64,000 bases of DNA from an uncultured Candidatus Saccharibacteria bacterium (GCA_964504715.1 CAZDEP010000007.1:6951-70950); one strand, 5' to 3'. Positions 44,372 to 54,778 are shown, counted from the stretch's first letter. Notes: generated from the sequence alone by a model not told the origin. A program made the numbers and translations.

Positions 44372-45316
44372 ATGACACTCAAACACCAAAAAATCATTTC
44401 CGCAGGTTTAATTGCGCTCGTTGCTTATGGCGGCTTGTACATTTTGGCTTACATAGTCAACTTAAATGAGCCGGTAATTTTCTTAAAAGCCGCACTGCTT
44501 ATTTATTTGTACCTGTCTTTCAAAATTACCCTGCTTTACGATTTACATTTTAAAAACCCGGGCGCGCTAGAGAGGGCCAAAGCCCGGCACGAAAGCGTTC
44601 CTCATTGGCTGGTCCGCGGCTTAAAAATTCTGGGCAGCGCGTTTGTGGACAGGATTTCCCACTTGCTCCGCGGCCACCAGCTGCTGCGCTTCCAAAATTT
44701 CCTGATTTTGCCGGGCTTGTTGTTTTGGCCCACAGCCATTTTCCTGTATATGAACATGGGCAGCACCAAAATCCAGGCGGCCATAATTTTTTTAAGCGGC
44801 ACCGCTTTGGTGGTAACCTATTGGTATTTGAAGGAAGCCATGGTCAGGGGCAGCGCTAAAGTCGGCGAAGATATTTTTGTCAGCCTTTCGGCCATAAAAA
44901 TTTACGCGGCCGCCCTGAGCTTTGGGGGCACTATGGCCATTATGCATAGGTTTTGCGTAGAGCCCCGGTTTTTTGTGGCTGCGGTTTTTTGCCTGACTTT
45001 CCTGCTAATTTACCAGGCGCTGTTCCAAGACGGACGCCTGAGCGCCAAAAATACGGCGTGGACCGTGCTGATTTCGGCTATCCAGGCCGCAGTGGGCTAT
45101 TTTGTTTATTTAAATTGGGGCTATAACTATTACACGGCTGCGATTTTCATGGCCGCTATCTACAATCTTATGTGGGGGACATTGCATTACCATTTGGGCA
45201 ATGTTTTAACCAAGCGGGCGTTTTTAGAAATATTATTTGTCTGCGCAATAATAACCCTTATGGTTTTTTCCGTCACAAATTTTAAGGCAGAACTTCTGCA
45301 TGCCTGCTCTTTTTAA
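44372..45316 (+). CDS. Polytopic membrane protein (hypothetical)
   Basis: A 314-aa ORF with about 8 TM helices. Confidence 0.4.
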   Translation: MTLKHQKIISAGLIALVAYGGLYILAYIVNLNEPVIFLKAALLIYLYLSFKITLLYDLHFKNPGALERAKARHESVPHWLVRGLKILGSAFVDRISHLLRGHQLLRFQNFLILPGLLFWPTAIFLYMNMGSTKIQAAIIFLSGTALVVTYWYLKEAMVRGSAKVGEDIFVSLSAIKIYAAALSFGGTMAIMHRFCVEPRFFVAAVFCLTFLLIYQALFQDGRLSAKNTAWTVLISAIQAAVGYFVYLNWGYNYYTAAIFMAAIYNLMWGTLHYHLGNVLTKRAFLEILFVCAIITLMVFSVTNFKAELLHACSF

Positions 45317-45323
45317 GCTTTTT

Positions 45324-46394
45324 CTATAGCCAGTACATAACGCCAATAACCAACAGGCTCAAAATCAACAACACCAAGTTGTTGATTTTTTTGTCAAAGT
45401 GGGAAAATTTTTCAGCAAGCATTTTTTTAATGTCGCTTAAAAGCATAAACAAAAGCAATAATCCGAGCCCCAGCATAAGATAGCGGTTTATTTTATAGGC
45501 GTTTAAGGCGTTTTGGCTTCTGGGCATAGCCACCAGTGCGCCGTTATCCACCGGAGTAATAGTGGCCGGGGTTTGGTTTTGCGGAGGCAAAGAAAAATTT
45601 TGGCTGGTTTGGGCAACCTCAACAGTGGAAGACCTGGGGGCTTCGCTGGGCGTTGGCCGCAGAGGCGTTTTTGGGGCGGGCATTGCCGGTTCGCTTTTTG
45701 GAACCGGGACAGGGTCAGATGCGGGCGGGTTGGTAGCGGCCGCTTTAACAATTTTGGGTTCAGTGGCCGGCTCTAAAGCGGCCGCGGCAGGTGCGGGGGA
45801 GGCGGGTGCCGGCGCGGACTTGGCCGGCGCCGGTGCTCTTTCGGTTTTTTTGGCAGGCAAGAGGGTTCCAAAAGTATTTGTAATGGCAGAATAGTATTGG
45901 CCTTGTGCCGGTTCGCCTAAAGCCATACCCATGCCCTGGTCCTTAAAACCTTCGTTTAAGACATTGGCCCTGTGAGTCGGGCTATTCATCCAGGCTGACA
46001 CCAAACTTTCCGTACTGTAAAATTCAACCGCTAAATTTTCGCCCAGCTGCAAATAGGGAGTATAGCCTTTCTCTACTATTTTTCCCCAAATATAATTGCC
46101 TTCGGGATCGGTATGGCTAAAATAGTGTCTCGCCTGCATGTCGTCGCTTTTGTACTGGGCGGCGGCGTTTAAGCGGCTGTCAGCATTAAGCGGGCTTAAG
46201 TTTCTAAGAGTCCGTTCTTTATTTACCGCGGCAATAATATTATCCAAAGTCAGATCGGATGCCCGGGTCTCGGCTTTGGGCAAAGCCAACAAAGACAAAA
46301 CCTGCCAAAAAATTAGCAGGATAAGCGTCCAATACAAAAATTTCAGCCGGAATGGGAGTTTCGGGTTTTCATCCTGTTTTAAGGTTGTGAACAT
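45324..46394 (-). CDS. CAP/SCP (PR-1-like) domain protein with an Ala/Pro-rich linker and a C-terminal membrane anchor
   Basis: YFSHTDPEGN...WMNSPTHRANVL is the CAP domain signature. Low-complexity PAPAKSAPAPASPAPAAAA, then a C-terminal TM. Confidence 0.65.
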   Translation of the reverse strand: MFTTLKQDENPKLPFRLKFLYWTLILLIFWQVLSLLALPKAETRASDLTLDNIIAAVNKERTLRNLSPLNADSRLNAAAQYKSDDMQARHYFSHTDPEGNYIWGKIVEKGYTPYLQLGENLAVEFYSTESLVSAWMNSPTHRANVLNEGFKDQGMGMALGEPAQGQYYSAITNTFGTLLPAKKTERAPAPAKSAPAPASPAPAAAALEPATEPKIVKAAATNPPASDPVPVPKSEPAMPAPKTPLRPTPSEAPRSSTVEVAQTSQNFSLPPQNQTPATITPVDNGALVAMPRSQNALNAYKINRYLMLGLGLLLLFMLLSDIKKMLAEKFSHFDKKINNLVLLILSLLVIGVMYWL

Positions 46395-46625
46395 AGAATA
46401 ATTTTAACATATTATTAAGCTATAATAAAAATATATTGCCTGTGGGGAAAAAAGTTGTAAAATGCCTCAAATAAGCTATATATTTTTTAGACAGTTACGC
46501 AAAGATTTTTTCCTTACTTTTAATAGAAAATAAATAATATGCTTTATTTAAGCAGAAAATGTGATAGAATATTTGACAAAACTCTTAAAATATAGTAAGA
46601 TAATAGGTTATATTATTATCCAATT

Positions 46626-48017
46626 ATGACTGACCACAATAAATCTACAACCCCTAAAGTCTATCCGACCAGCAGCTTCGATGTTGCCAGAATGCTGGGT
46701 TTGGATAAAGCGGCCGAGGAACATGCGGCTGCTTTAGATGTGGCACATGCGTCGGAAAGCGTAGTGCCCGAAAGCGCGGCTCCGTCTAACTTGCCGACTC
46801 CGGCTGCTGTCAGCGCTGAAGCGCCTCATTCTGCCCCGGAAAAAAGCCCGGATGCGCATTCTACTCCCGCTGACGTGAAATCAGAAGAAGTTGACGAAAA
46901 CAAGCCGGCTATTGCTGCTATATTCAAACGCGCGTTGCCGTACTTGCTGGTATTTGCAATCGGATTGGTTGGTTACTATTTCTTTTTGTCCGACAGTCCT
47001 TTGGACTTAAGCAGGATTTTTTCCGTAAAGAAAGAAGTTACGCAGCCGCTTACCGCCAAGGACACCGAGCTTATGGCCCTACAGAAGGACTCCGCCACTA
47101 TTGCATCTTACCGGGCTTGGATCTCACAATTCTACTTTGACATTTCCGATTCCTCTATTATAGATCCCAATGCGGACAACTCCGGCAACGGGCTTTCCAA
47201 CTTTCAGAAATATTTGCTGAATTTAAACCCCAAGACTTACGACACCCTGAATTTAGGGATGGCCGACAGCCAAGCGTTGGCGCAGGGGATTAACCCTCAA
47301 ACCGGCGCCAAACTTACCGCCAAACAGCAGGAAATAATAGATAAATACTTTGATTTGGAAATTATTTTAAACCGCCTAGCGGTGGAAGGCTTGCACAGGT
47401 ACGGCAGCGTGGCCGGGACGAGCGTAACCAACAATCAGCAAAGCGGCGAAAGCGTCCAACGGGAAGCGCCCAGGGGCGGCAGCACCCCGGTTGTGCGCGC
47501 GGCGGAAAGAGTAACCGTGGGAGGCTATGATAATCCGTCTGCGGACGGGACTGCAAGTGAAAATTTGAATTTATCCACTCCCGGCCGGCTGGAAATCCCT
47601 TCGTTAAAAATAGACGTGCCCATAATTTGGACTCGTGACCCGAAAGACTTTGAAAAAGATTTGCAGCTTGGCGTGGTCCATTATCCGGGCACGGCAGTTC
47701 CGGGGCAGATTGGCACTACTTATATTTCCGGCCACTCGAGCAATTACGCCTGGGCGAAAGGGAATTACAATAAAGTTTTCTCCACATTGGGCGATTTGCC
47801 GGACAATACTTCCTTTATTATTACTGTCGTCCAGAAAAACGGAAAAGATGCCAGGTTCCATTATGTGGTGACGGGCCGGAAAGAATTCAGCCCCACTGAC
47901 CCCGAGCAGTTTAAAAATTCAGGCGAATCGGTTGTGGCGCTTTCTACCTGTTGGCCCGTCGGTTCTACAAAATCCAGATTGGTCGTATTTGCCAAATTGA
48001 CCCAGACTGAAAATTAA
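46626..48017 (+). CDS. Sortase-family transpeptidase with a long N-terminal extension
   Basis: Catalytic His (TYISGHSSN), Cys (VVALSTCWP) and Arg downstream (SRLVVF); N-terminal TM. Confidence 0.75.
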   Translation: MTDHNKSTTPKVYPTSSFDVARMLGLDKAAEEHAAALDVAHASESVVPESAAPSNLPTPAAVSAEAPHSAPEKSPDAHSTPADVKSEEVDENKPAIAAIFKRALPYLLVFAIGLVGYYFFLSDSPLDLSRIFSVKKEVTQPLTAKDTELMALQKDSATIASYRAWISQFYFDISDSSIIDPNADNSGNGLSNFQKYLLNLNPKTYDTLNLGMADSQALAQGINPQTGAKLTAKQQEIIDKYFDLEIILNRLAVEGLHRYGSVAGTSVTNNQQSGESVQREAPRGGSTPVVRAAERVTVGGYDNPSADGTASENLNLSTPGRLEIPSLKIDVPIIWTRDPKDFEKDLQLGVVHYPGTAVPGQIGTTYISGHSSNYAWAKGNYNKVFSTLGDLPDNTSFIITVVQKNGKDARFHYVVTGRKEFSPTDPEQFKNSGESVVALSTCWPVGSTKSRLVVFAKLTQTEN

Positions 48018-48078
48018 ATAAGACTTGACAATTAAACGGATTTTAATTATAATTTAAAGTTATTATATTAAAGTTACT

Positions 48079-51000
48079 ATGGTTAAGGGGGTTTTATCCC
48101 TTTTGGCCAATCAAACACTTATGAATTCAATAAAATCGTGGTTTAGCTTAAAGGTTGGATTGGTTTCGGCTGCGGGGGTCTTTGCCTTGAGCTTGAGCGT
48201 TTTAGCTTTGGCTCCGAGAAGCATTGGCACCACTAAAGCCGAAAATTGCAGCAATGCCCCGACTGTGGCGACTTTAAACAGCACTTTTCCGGTTTCCTGG
48301 GGAAGTGTGACCGGCAGCGACTGTACCAATGCGCCGACCATGGCTATAAGGAATGCCAATGGCGGGACTTATTCAACTTCTGCCGATGCGCAGAGCGGCG
48401 ATGAACTTCGCGTGAGGGTTTACATCCACAACGAAGCCCAACAGGGTTTGGATTATTACCAGACTACGGCTTTTAACGTAGGTGGAAATATTTCCGTTTC
48501 CGGTAACACGGTGCATATGACTGCCGCGGGCAGCAATACCAACAGCATTTCGGGCAATGTGTCCGTAAACTTGCCGAGCGGCGCCACGTTGGAATTAATC
48601 CCGGGCAGCGAAGAATTTTACGATTACCAGGCCAACCGGATTTACGACGGCAGCGCTAGCTTAAACGGCCAAAACGGCAGCTTTAATCTCGGCAATATGC
48701 AGGGCTGCTTTGAATTTTCCAAGTTTTTTGTATTTCGGGTAAGAGTCATAGGCCAGCAATCCACCAATTTGGACGGTGAAATAAACGCCAGGCTGAACGG
48801 CAAAGTTTATGGCCAATGTTTATACAAAGGTTTGGTTAGCTGGTCTACCAACGGAGTAAGCGCTGCGCAGGTTACCGTGCGCGACCCTGAGACCGGCGCC
48901 GAAAGCCTTTTTTCCGGCGAGATTAATAAAACCGATGACAATGCGGATTGGTTGCAGCCCGGACAAAATTATAGGTTTACTTTATGGAATACCATGAGCG
49001 GTTCCCGCCAGCATTTGGCGGAAACCTGGCTGGTAGTCCCCGAAGACAATTGCGCCGGCCCGACTCCGACTGAAGTTACCGGGCAGATTTCCGCGCAGCT
49101 TGGCGCGCAAATTTCCGGCCAGTGTTTGTACAACGGCAGCGTCAACTGGCAGACCAGCGGCGCTTCCGAAGTTAACGTTACCGTGCGCGACCCCGAAACC
49201 GGTGCTGAAAATCTTTACTCCACTGACTTAAGCAACAATTCATCGCCCGCTCCTTGGCTGGAACCCAACAAGAGCTACAGGTTTACCCTGTGGAATGTGG
49301 TTAACGGCCAAAGGCAGCAATTGGACGAAGCTTGGATTACTGCGGGCAGCGACGCTTTTTGCCAGGCCCAGGAAAACAAGACTTCCAGTTTGGAAGCCAA
49401 TTATACTTCCGCCATTTCCGGCCAGTGCATGTACAACGGTTATGTAAAATGGGAGACTTCCGGCTACACCTGGGTCCAGGTTACCGTGAATGATGTGGAT
49501 GACGCCACCGGTGAAATTATCCATTCCCATGATTTGAGCGGCAACAGCACTACGCCCTGGCTCACCCCGGGACACCGCTATGTTTACAAACTTTACGACG
49601 CTTTACAGTCGCCTGTGCTTTTAAAGCAGGTGAGCTTTACCGTACCGAATTTGAATTGCGGCAATCCGCCGGCCGAAACCCCGGCCGTGGTCTGTACGCC
49701 GTCTAACCAGACTGCCCAGACTTTTTCCCCGGTTGAATTTACAGCCACCGGCGGCGACGGGCAAAATTATTCCTGGAGCTCGCCTCAGGCCACCAAGACT
49801 TCCGGCCAGGGCAGGGATTATTCCACCACTTACGCGCAAAACGGCAGCTACACCGTTACCGTAACCAGCGGCGGCAAATCCGCCACTTGCGCTGCGACCA
49901 TAACTACGCCTGCTCCCACCACTTTAGTCTGTACCCCTGCTTCCCAGGAGGTTAATGTTAACCAACCGACTTTCTTTTCAGTTTCCGGCGGCAACGGCAA
50001 CTACACCTGGTCCGCTCCTGGTTCCACCCGCACCGACGGCACGGGTTCCAGTTTTTCCACGTCTTACAATTCTGCCGGCAACAGGACCGTCACGGTCGTA
50101 AGCGGCAGCCAAACCGCAAATTGCGGAGTGAAGGTTAACCAGCCCACTACGCCCAATCCGGCTTTGGTCTGTTCTCCTTCCAGTCAAACGGTAAAAGTCA
50201 ACCAGTTTGCCTATTTTTCCGCTTCCGGCGGCAACGGCAACTACACCTGGTCCGCTCCGGCGGGTTCGCCTTTAAATGGCAACGGCAATAGCTTTTCTTC
50301 CAAGTTTGGTTCGGCCGGCAACAAGTCCGTAACCGTTATAAGCGGTACGGAAACTAAAAATTGCAACGTGACCGTGGAAGAAGAAAATATTCCGCAAAGC
50401 GCCAACATGGAGCTGGTCAAAACCGTAAAAAATGCCACCCAGAATACCGATTACTCCCACAGCGTTTCGGCCAAGCAGAATGATATTGTGGAATATAAAA
50501 TTTTTGTCAGGGCCACAAGCGCAGTCAACTTAATTAACGTACGGGTGACCGACCAAATGCCTTTTGGCTTAGTTTACGAAAACGACAGCCTGCGCGTTGA
50601 CGGCCAGGCCCACGCCACGGGTTTGACCAGCGGGGGATTGGTCTTTGCGACAGTCAGCCAGTCGGGCATGACTATTACTTACCGCGCCCGCGTGAATGTT
50701 AATTCCGGCACGCTCATAAACAACGCCCAGAGCACTGCCGACAACGCCTCCAGCAAACAGGACAGCGCTACGGTAAACGTAACTTATGTTACCCCCGGCC
50801 AGCCGTCTTTGAGCATTACCAAGGAAGTAAAGAATTTGGGCCCCAGCCAAACGACCGACTTTGCGTCATCCATTAATGCCAAAAAGAATGATAATGTCCA
50901 ATACAGAATTATAGTCAGGAATTTAGGTTCTGCTTCCGCGAGCGAAGTTTTTGTCAGCGACAGTAATCCTTTGGGCGTTTCCATAAGCAGCCTTTCGGTT

Positions 51001-52344
51001 TCCAAGAGCTACAGCGGCACTATACAAACCGGTATAGCTTTGGGTAATTTGGCCGCAGGCGACAGCGTAAATATTACTTACAATGCTCGTGTTGAAATGG
51101 AGCAGGGTACGGTCCAAAATATTGCGACTGTTTCCGCCCAGAACGCAGCTTCCAAGCAGGCCATTGCCGTAGTAACTGTAGTAAAAGACCAACCCACTAC
51201 TACTACCGGCGGCGGCACTTGCAACAATGCCACCAATTCCTGCAATACCAACACGAATACCAACACGCAGAACAATAACAACTCCACCAACAGCTCCAAC
51301 CAGAGCAACAACACCAACATTAATGGCAACAACAATACCGTTACCAACAGCAACCAGAATTGCGTTAACAATTCCTGCAACAACACCAACATTGTGTATA
51401 TAAACCAGGGCGGCAGCACAGTACCGGCCAACGAATACCGCCAGTTATCCATTAACAAAAACGTGAGGGCCATAAACGGCGGCGCGTTCCAAAACAGCGT
51501 GACTGTCGGCCAGAACGATACCGTGGAATTCGAAATTGTCGTGTCCAACACTGGAAACCAAGTTGTAAATAACGTAAGAGTCAATGACAATTTGGGCGGC
51601 AACCTGTCTTTGGTTTACGGTACCCTTAGGGTAGATGGCAGCTATGTGTCGGACAACTTAAACGGCATTTCCTTAGGCAGCCTGTTTAGCGGCCAGCAAA
51701 AGCGCGTAACTTTCCAGGCCAGGGTAAATTCCTACGCCGGCCAAAGCGTGCAGAACATTGCTTACGCTTCCGGCGACAGCGCCTCGCAGGTGCAGGACGA
51801 TGCCTGGGTGTTCATCCAGGGTTCGGTGCAGGGCGGAAACGTCAATTTGGTTTATTCCAAGCGCGCTTGGAATGACACTAAGAATGCTGACGCGACTTCT
51901 CAAATCGCTTCCCGCGAAGATTACATTACTTACACACTTACCGCCACTAACAGCGGCAACTCTCCGGCCAACAGCTTTATCATCACCGATGACTTGAGCC
52001 AGGTTTTGCCCTATGCCGATATGGTGGACAACGGCGGCGGCGTGCTTTCGGGAAACGTTATTTCCTTCCCGGGCATAACCGTTCCGGCCAACGGTTCGGT
52101 AAGCAAGAGCTTTAAGGTCAGGGTGAAATTCTCCTTGGCTTCCAACCTTTCTTATTCCATGGTTAACACTTACGGCAACACCATTACCGTAAGGATTAAC
52201 ACTCCCCAGGTCTTAGGCGCTTTTGTGGCTCCTAAAACCGGCGGTCCGACAGTTGGCTTGGCCTCCATTTTTGGAAGCTTAATGGCCGGCGGCCTCGCGG
52301 TCGTAAGGAACCGCAGGAAAGTTTGGGAATTGCTTTGGGATTAA
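48079..52344 (+). CDS. Giant cell-surface protein (1421 aa) with DUF11-type repeats, an Asn/Thr-rich low-complexity region and a C-terminal sortase sorting signal
   Basis: Signal peptide; repeated beta-rich domains (e.g. IVEYKIFVRATSAVNLINVRVTD, VQYRIIVRNLG); NTNTNTQNNNNSTNSSNQSNN tract. C-terminal VAPKTGG, then a hydrophobic stretch and RNRRK. Confidence 0.8.
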   Translation: MVKGVLSLLANQTLMNSIKSWFSLKVGLVSAAGVFALSLSVLALAPRSIGTTKAENCSNAPTVATLNSTFPVSWGSVTGSDCTNAPTMAIRNANGGTYSTSADAQSGDELRVRVYIHNEAQQGLDYYQTTAFNVGGNISVSGNTVHMTAAGSNTNSISGNVSVNLPSGATLELIPGSEEFYDYQANRIYDGSASLNGQNGSFNLGNMQGCFEFSKFFVFRVRVIGQQSTNLDGEINARLNGKVYGQCLYKGLVSWSTNGVSAAQVTVRDPETGAESLFSGEINKTDDNADWLQPGQNYRFTLWNTMSGSRQHLAETWLVVPEDNCAGPTPTEVTGQISAQLGAQISGQCLYNGSVNWQTSGASEVNVTVRDPETGAENLYSTDLSNNSSPAPWLEPNKSYRFTLWNVVNGQRQQLDEAWITAGSDAFCQAQENKTSSLEANYTSAISGQCMYNGYVKWETSGYTWVQVTVNDVDDATGEIIHSHDLSGNSTTPWLTPGHRYVYKLYDALQSPVLLKQVSFTVPNLNCGNPPAETPAVVCTPSNQTAQTFSPVEFTATGGDGQNYSWSSPQATKTSGQGRDYSTTYAQNGSYTVTVTSGGKSATCAATITTPAPTTLVCTPASQEVNVNQPTFFSVSGGNGNYTWSAPGSTRTDGTGSSFSTSYNSAGNRTVTVVSGSQTANCGVKVNQPTTPNPALVCSPSSQTVKVNQFAYFSASGGNGNYTWSAPAGSPLNGNGNSFSSKFGSAGNKSVTVISGTETKNCNVTVEEENIPQSANMELVKTVKNATQNTDYSHSVSAKQNDIVEYKIFVRATSAVNLINVRVTDQMPFGLVYENDSLRVDGQAHATGLTSGGLVFATVSQSGMTITYRARVNVNSGTLINNAQSTADNASSKQDSATVNVTYVTPGQPSLSITKEVKNLGPSQTTDFASSINAKKNDNVQYRIIVRNLGSASASEVFVSDSNPLGVSISSLSVSKSYSGTIQTGIALGNLAAGDSVNITYNARVEMEQGTVQNIATVSAQNAASKQAIAVVTVVKDQPTTTTGGGTCNNATNSCNTNTNTNTQNNNNSTNSSNQSNNTNINGNNNTVTNSNQNCVNNSCNNTNIVYINQGGSTVPANEYRQLSINKNVRAINGGAFQNSVTVGQNDTVEFEIVVSNTGNQVVNNVRVNDNLGGNLSLVYGTLRVDGSYVSDNLNGISLGSLFSGQQKRVTFQARVNSYAGQSVQNIAYASGDSASQVQDDAWVFIQGSVQGGNVNLVYSKRAWNDTKNADATSQIASREDYITYTLTATNSGNSPANSFIITDDLSQVLPYADMVDNGGGVLSGNVISFPGITVPANGSVSKSFKVRVKFSLASNLSYSMVNTYGNTITVRINTPQVLGAFVAPKTGGPTVGLASIFGSLMAGGLAVVRNRRKVWELLWD

Positions 52345-52361
52345 TGCAGAACTGATAAATA

Positions 52362-52396
52362 CGAATAAAAAGGTGCGGGCTTAAAAGCCCGCACCT
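52362..52396 (+). terminator. Rho-independent terminator after the giant surface-protein gene
   Basis: aaaaaggtgcgggcttaaaagcccgcaccttttg. Confidence 0.6.
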
Positions 52397-52679
52397 TTTG
52401 TAATTAGCGGTGTGGATAAGGCGATTTGCGCAAGCGCTTAAAGCCTGATAGTATTAATTCACAAACCAATACCCAAACAAACACACAGCCAAAAATGTTT
52501 TTCAAAACGGGCTGTTTTTTGTTGCTTCCTACCCATCCACAAATTACAGGTAAAGGCAAGATACCCAAATTGCCTATATAAACTTCCTTCTTGAGGGTTA
52601 AGAAACAAGCGAATATTTAATTACAATTTTATTAGCCTCTGCGTTATTCGTGCCATCAGCGCGTCTAAAAATTAGAACC

Positions 52680-52735
52680 TGATAGCATCTGTGTGATCTG
52701 CGTTATCTGCGCCTGCCTGCCGGCAGGCAGGAAAG
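52680..52735. promoter_or_regulatory. Operator-like region: ATCTG repeats plus the perfect 20-bp palindrome cctgcctgccggcaggcagg immediately upstream of the epimerase-fusion gene
   Basis: catctgtgtgatctgcgttatctgcg cctgcctgcc ggcaggcagg; related to the site at 39102-39130. Confidence 0.5.
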
Positions 52736-52753
52736 CCAGGAATCTGCGAACAT

Positions 52754-53950
52754 ATGGACCAGAATTATCTCCAGCAATTAATAACCGAACTTAAAGCCCG
52801 CGACGGGGGATTGATTTTAAATTTGGACGGCAAGCCCGGGGCCGTGGTCTTAAGCATTGAAAAATATAACCTGTTACTTTCCAATTCCAATCCCCAGGCA
52901 GGGGGACAAGTTCCCGATCCTGAAAATCAGCCGTCAGAAAATCCGGAATCATCTCCCTTTCATCCGAAAACCATTTTGATCACCGGCGGCGCGGGCTATA
53001 TTGGCGCCCATGTTTCCCGGCATTTGGTTAATGCCGGCCATAGCGTTATAATTTTGGACAATTTAGTTTCGGGCACAAAAGACAACCTGCCTTCGGGAGC
53101 AAAATTTATTGAAGGCGATGTCGGGGATTTTAACCTTTTGAGGGATATTTTTGCCAGCAGTAAGGTGGATGTGGTTATGCATTTTGCAGCCTCCATTGAA
53201 GTCGAAGAGTCGGTAAAAGATCCGGGAAAATATTTGGAAAACAACGCGGTGAATACCGCGCGCCTGTTGGCGGCTATGGATGAAGCCGGCGTCAAACAAA
53301 TAATTTTTTCTTCCACCGCCGCGGTTTACGGCCGGCAGGCCAACCAGCACCAGCCCATTTTGGAAACAGCTTCCAAAACGCCTGAGAACCCTTACGGCCA
53401 TTCCAAACTTATTGCCGAAGAAACAATTAGTTATTATTGCCGGCATAAGGAATTTACCGCCGTGGTGTTCCGGTATTTTAATGCCTGCGGCTCGGACTTT
53501 GACGGCAAAATCCAGACTTCACATACTTCCCATTTGCTGGCCAAACTGATGCAGGCGGTAATTTCGCGGGACACCGCGCTGACCATAAACGGCAATGACT
53601 ACTCCACCCACGACGGCACGGCGGTGAGGGATTATGTGCATGTTTTGGACATTGTCGGCGCGCATTTGGTGGCCTTGGGCAAATTGACGGAGCTAATAGG
53701 ATTTAACGATTATAATATTGGCACGGGCAAAGGCTGCAGCGTATTGGAAATGGCGGGAGCCGTGGCGGAAACCTTAAATAAAATTGTGCCTATGGAGCCG
53801 GGGCCAAGGAGAGCGGGGGATGCGGAATGCGCGGTGGCGGACAATTCGAAAATCAGACAGGAACTGGGGTTTATCCCCCAATTCAGTGAAATGGAAACTA
53901 TTATTAAAACTGCTTATAGGCAAGCACAAAACAGCCGCAAGGCCCAATAA
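52754..53950 (+). CDS. UDP-glucose 4-epimerase (GalE-type SDR) with an N-terminal 70-aa Phd/YefM-like extension
   Basis: Core ILITGGAGYIGAH..YGHSK (GalE). The N-terminus LILNLDGKPGAVVLSIEKYNLL resembles the YefM/Phd ITRNGKPVAVLVSYEEY motif. There is no in-frame ATG near the epimerase core. Confidence 0.75.
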   Translation: MDQNYLQQLITELKARDGGLILNLDGKPGAVVLSIEKYNLLLSNSNPQAGGQVPDPENQPSENPESSPFHPKTILITGGAGYIGAHVSRHLVNAGHSVIILDNLVSGTKDNLPSGAKFIEGDVGDFNLLRDIFASSKVDVVMHFAASIEVEESVKDPGKYLENNAVNTARLLAAMDEAGVKQIIFSSTAAVYGRQANQHQPILETASKTPENPYGHSKLIAEETISYYCRHKEFTAVVFRYFNACGSDFDGKIQTSHTSHLLAKLMQAVISRDTALTINGNDYSTHDGTAVRDYVHVLDIVGAHLVALGKLTELIGFNDYNIGTGKGCSVLEMAGAVAETLNKIVPMEPGPRRAGDAECAVADNSKIRQELGFIPQFSEMETIIKTAYRQAQNSRKAQ

Positions 53951-54055
53951 TTCAAATAAATAGTGTAATATATTTCCCCCGCTTACGTATTATTATATGT
54001 AGGCGGGTATTTATATTGGTTTTTGTGGTATAATTAAAGTAATTATCCCACACCT

Positions 54056-54778
54056 ATGCTAAAAAAACTTTCCGTGGTTATTCCCGCTTACAATGAAGAA
54101 AAACGCATTTCTTCAACTTTGGTGGCGGTAAGCGAGTTTTTAAAAAATCAGCCATATCAAAGTGAAATTTTGGTAGTTAGCGACGGCTCCAAGGACGGCA
54201 CGGTCCAGGTGGTCAATTCGCTAAAAGGCCAAATCCCGAATTTAAAACTGATTGCCAATTCCGAAAATCACGGCAAAGGCTGGGTGACAAAACAGGGTAT
54301 GCTGGAAGCCACGGGCGATGTCCGGGTGTTTATGGATGCAGACAACTCTACAAAAATAGACGAGATTGCCAACTTCATTCCTTTCTTTGAAGAGGGAAAT
54401 GACTTAGTCATAGGCTCCCGAAGAATCCAAGGTTCTGTAATAGCCGTGCACCAGCCTTGGATACGCGACTTGCAGGGCACAATTTTTAGGACTATCGTGC
54501 ACATTTTTGTCCCGCTCCAAGTCACGGACTCGCAGTGCGGCTTTAAAGCCTTTTCGGCATCGGCCGCGGAAAAAGTTTTTCCCAAGCAAAGTATTTATCG
54601 GTGGGCATTCGACGTAGAGCTTTTGGCCCTGGCCAGAAAAATGAACCTTAAAATCAAGGAAGTTCCCATTACCTGGGTAAACGACGAGGAAAGCCATGTG
54701 AAGTTAAGCGGGAAAATCAAAATGCTTTTGGAAGTCGCGCAGGTGAGGTGGAACTTATGGACAGGCAAGTATAAATGA
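54056..54778 (+). CDS. Family 2 glycosyltransferase (dolichyl-phosphate-sugar synthase-like)
   Basis: LSVVIPAYNEE and VVSDGSKDGT..DAD motifs; TGGTATAAT -10 at 54027-54035. Confidence 0.85.
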   Translation: MLKKLSVVIPAYNEEKRISSTLVAVSEFLKNQPYQSEILVVSDGSKDGTVQVVNSLKGQIPNLKLIANSENHGKGWVTKQGMLEATGDVRVFMDADNSTKIDEIANFIPFFEEGNDLVIGSRRIQGSVIAVHQPWIRDLQGTIFRTIVHIFVPLQVTDSQCGFKAFSASAAEKVFPKQSIYRWAFDVELLALARKMNLKIKEVPITWVNDEESHVKLSGKIKMLLEVAQVRWNLWTGKYK

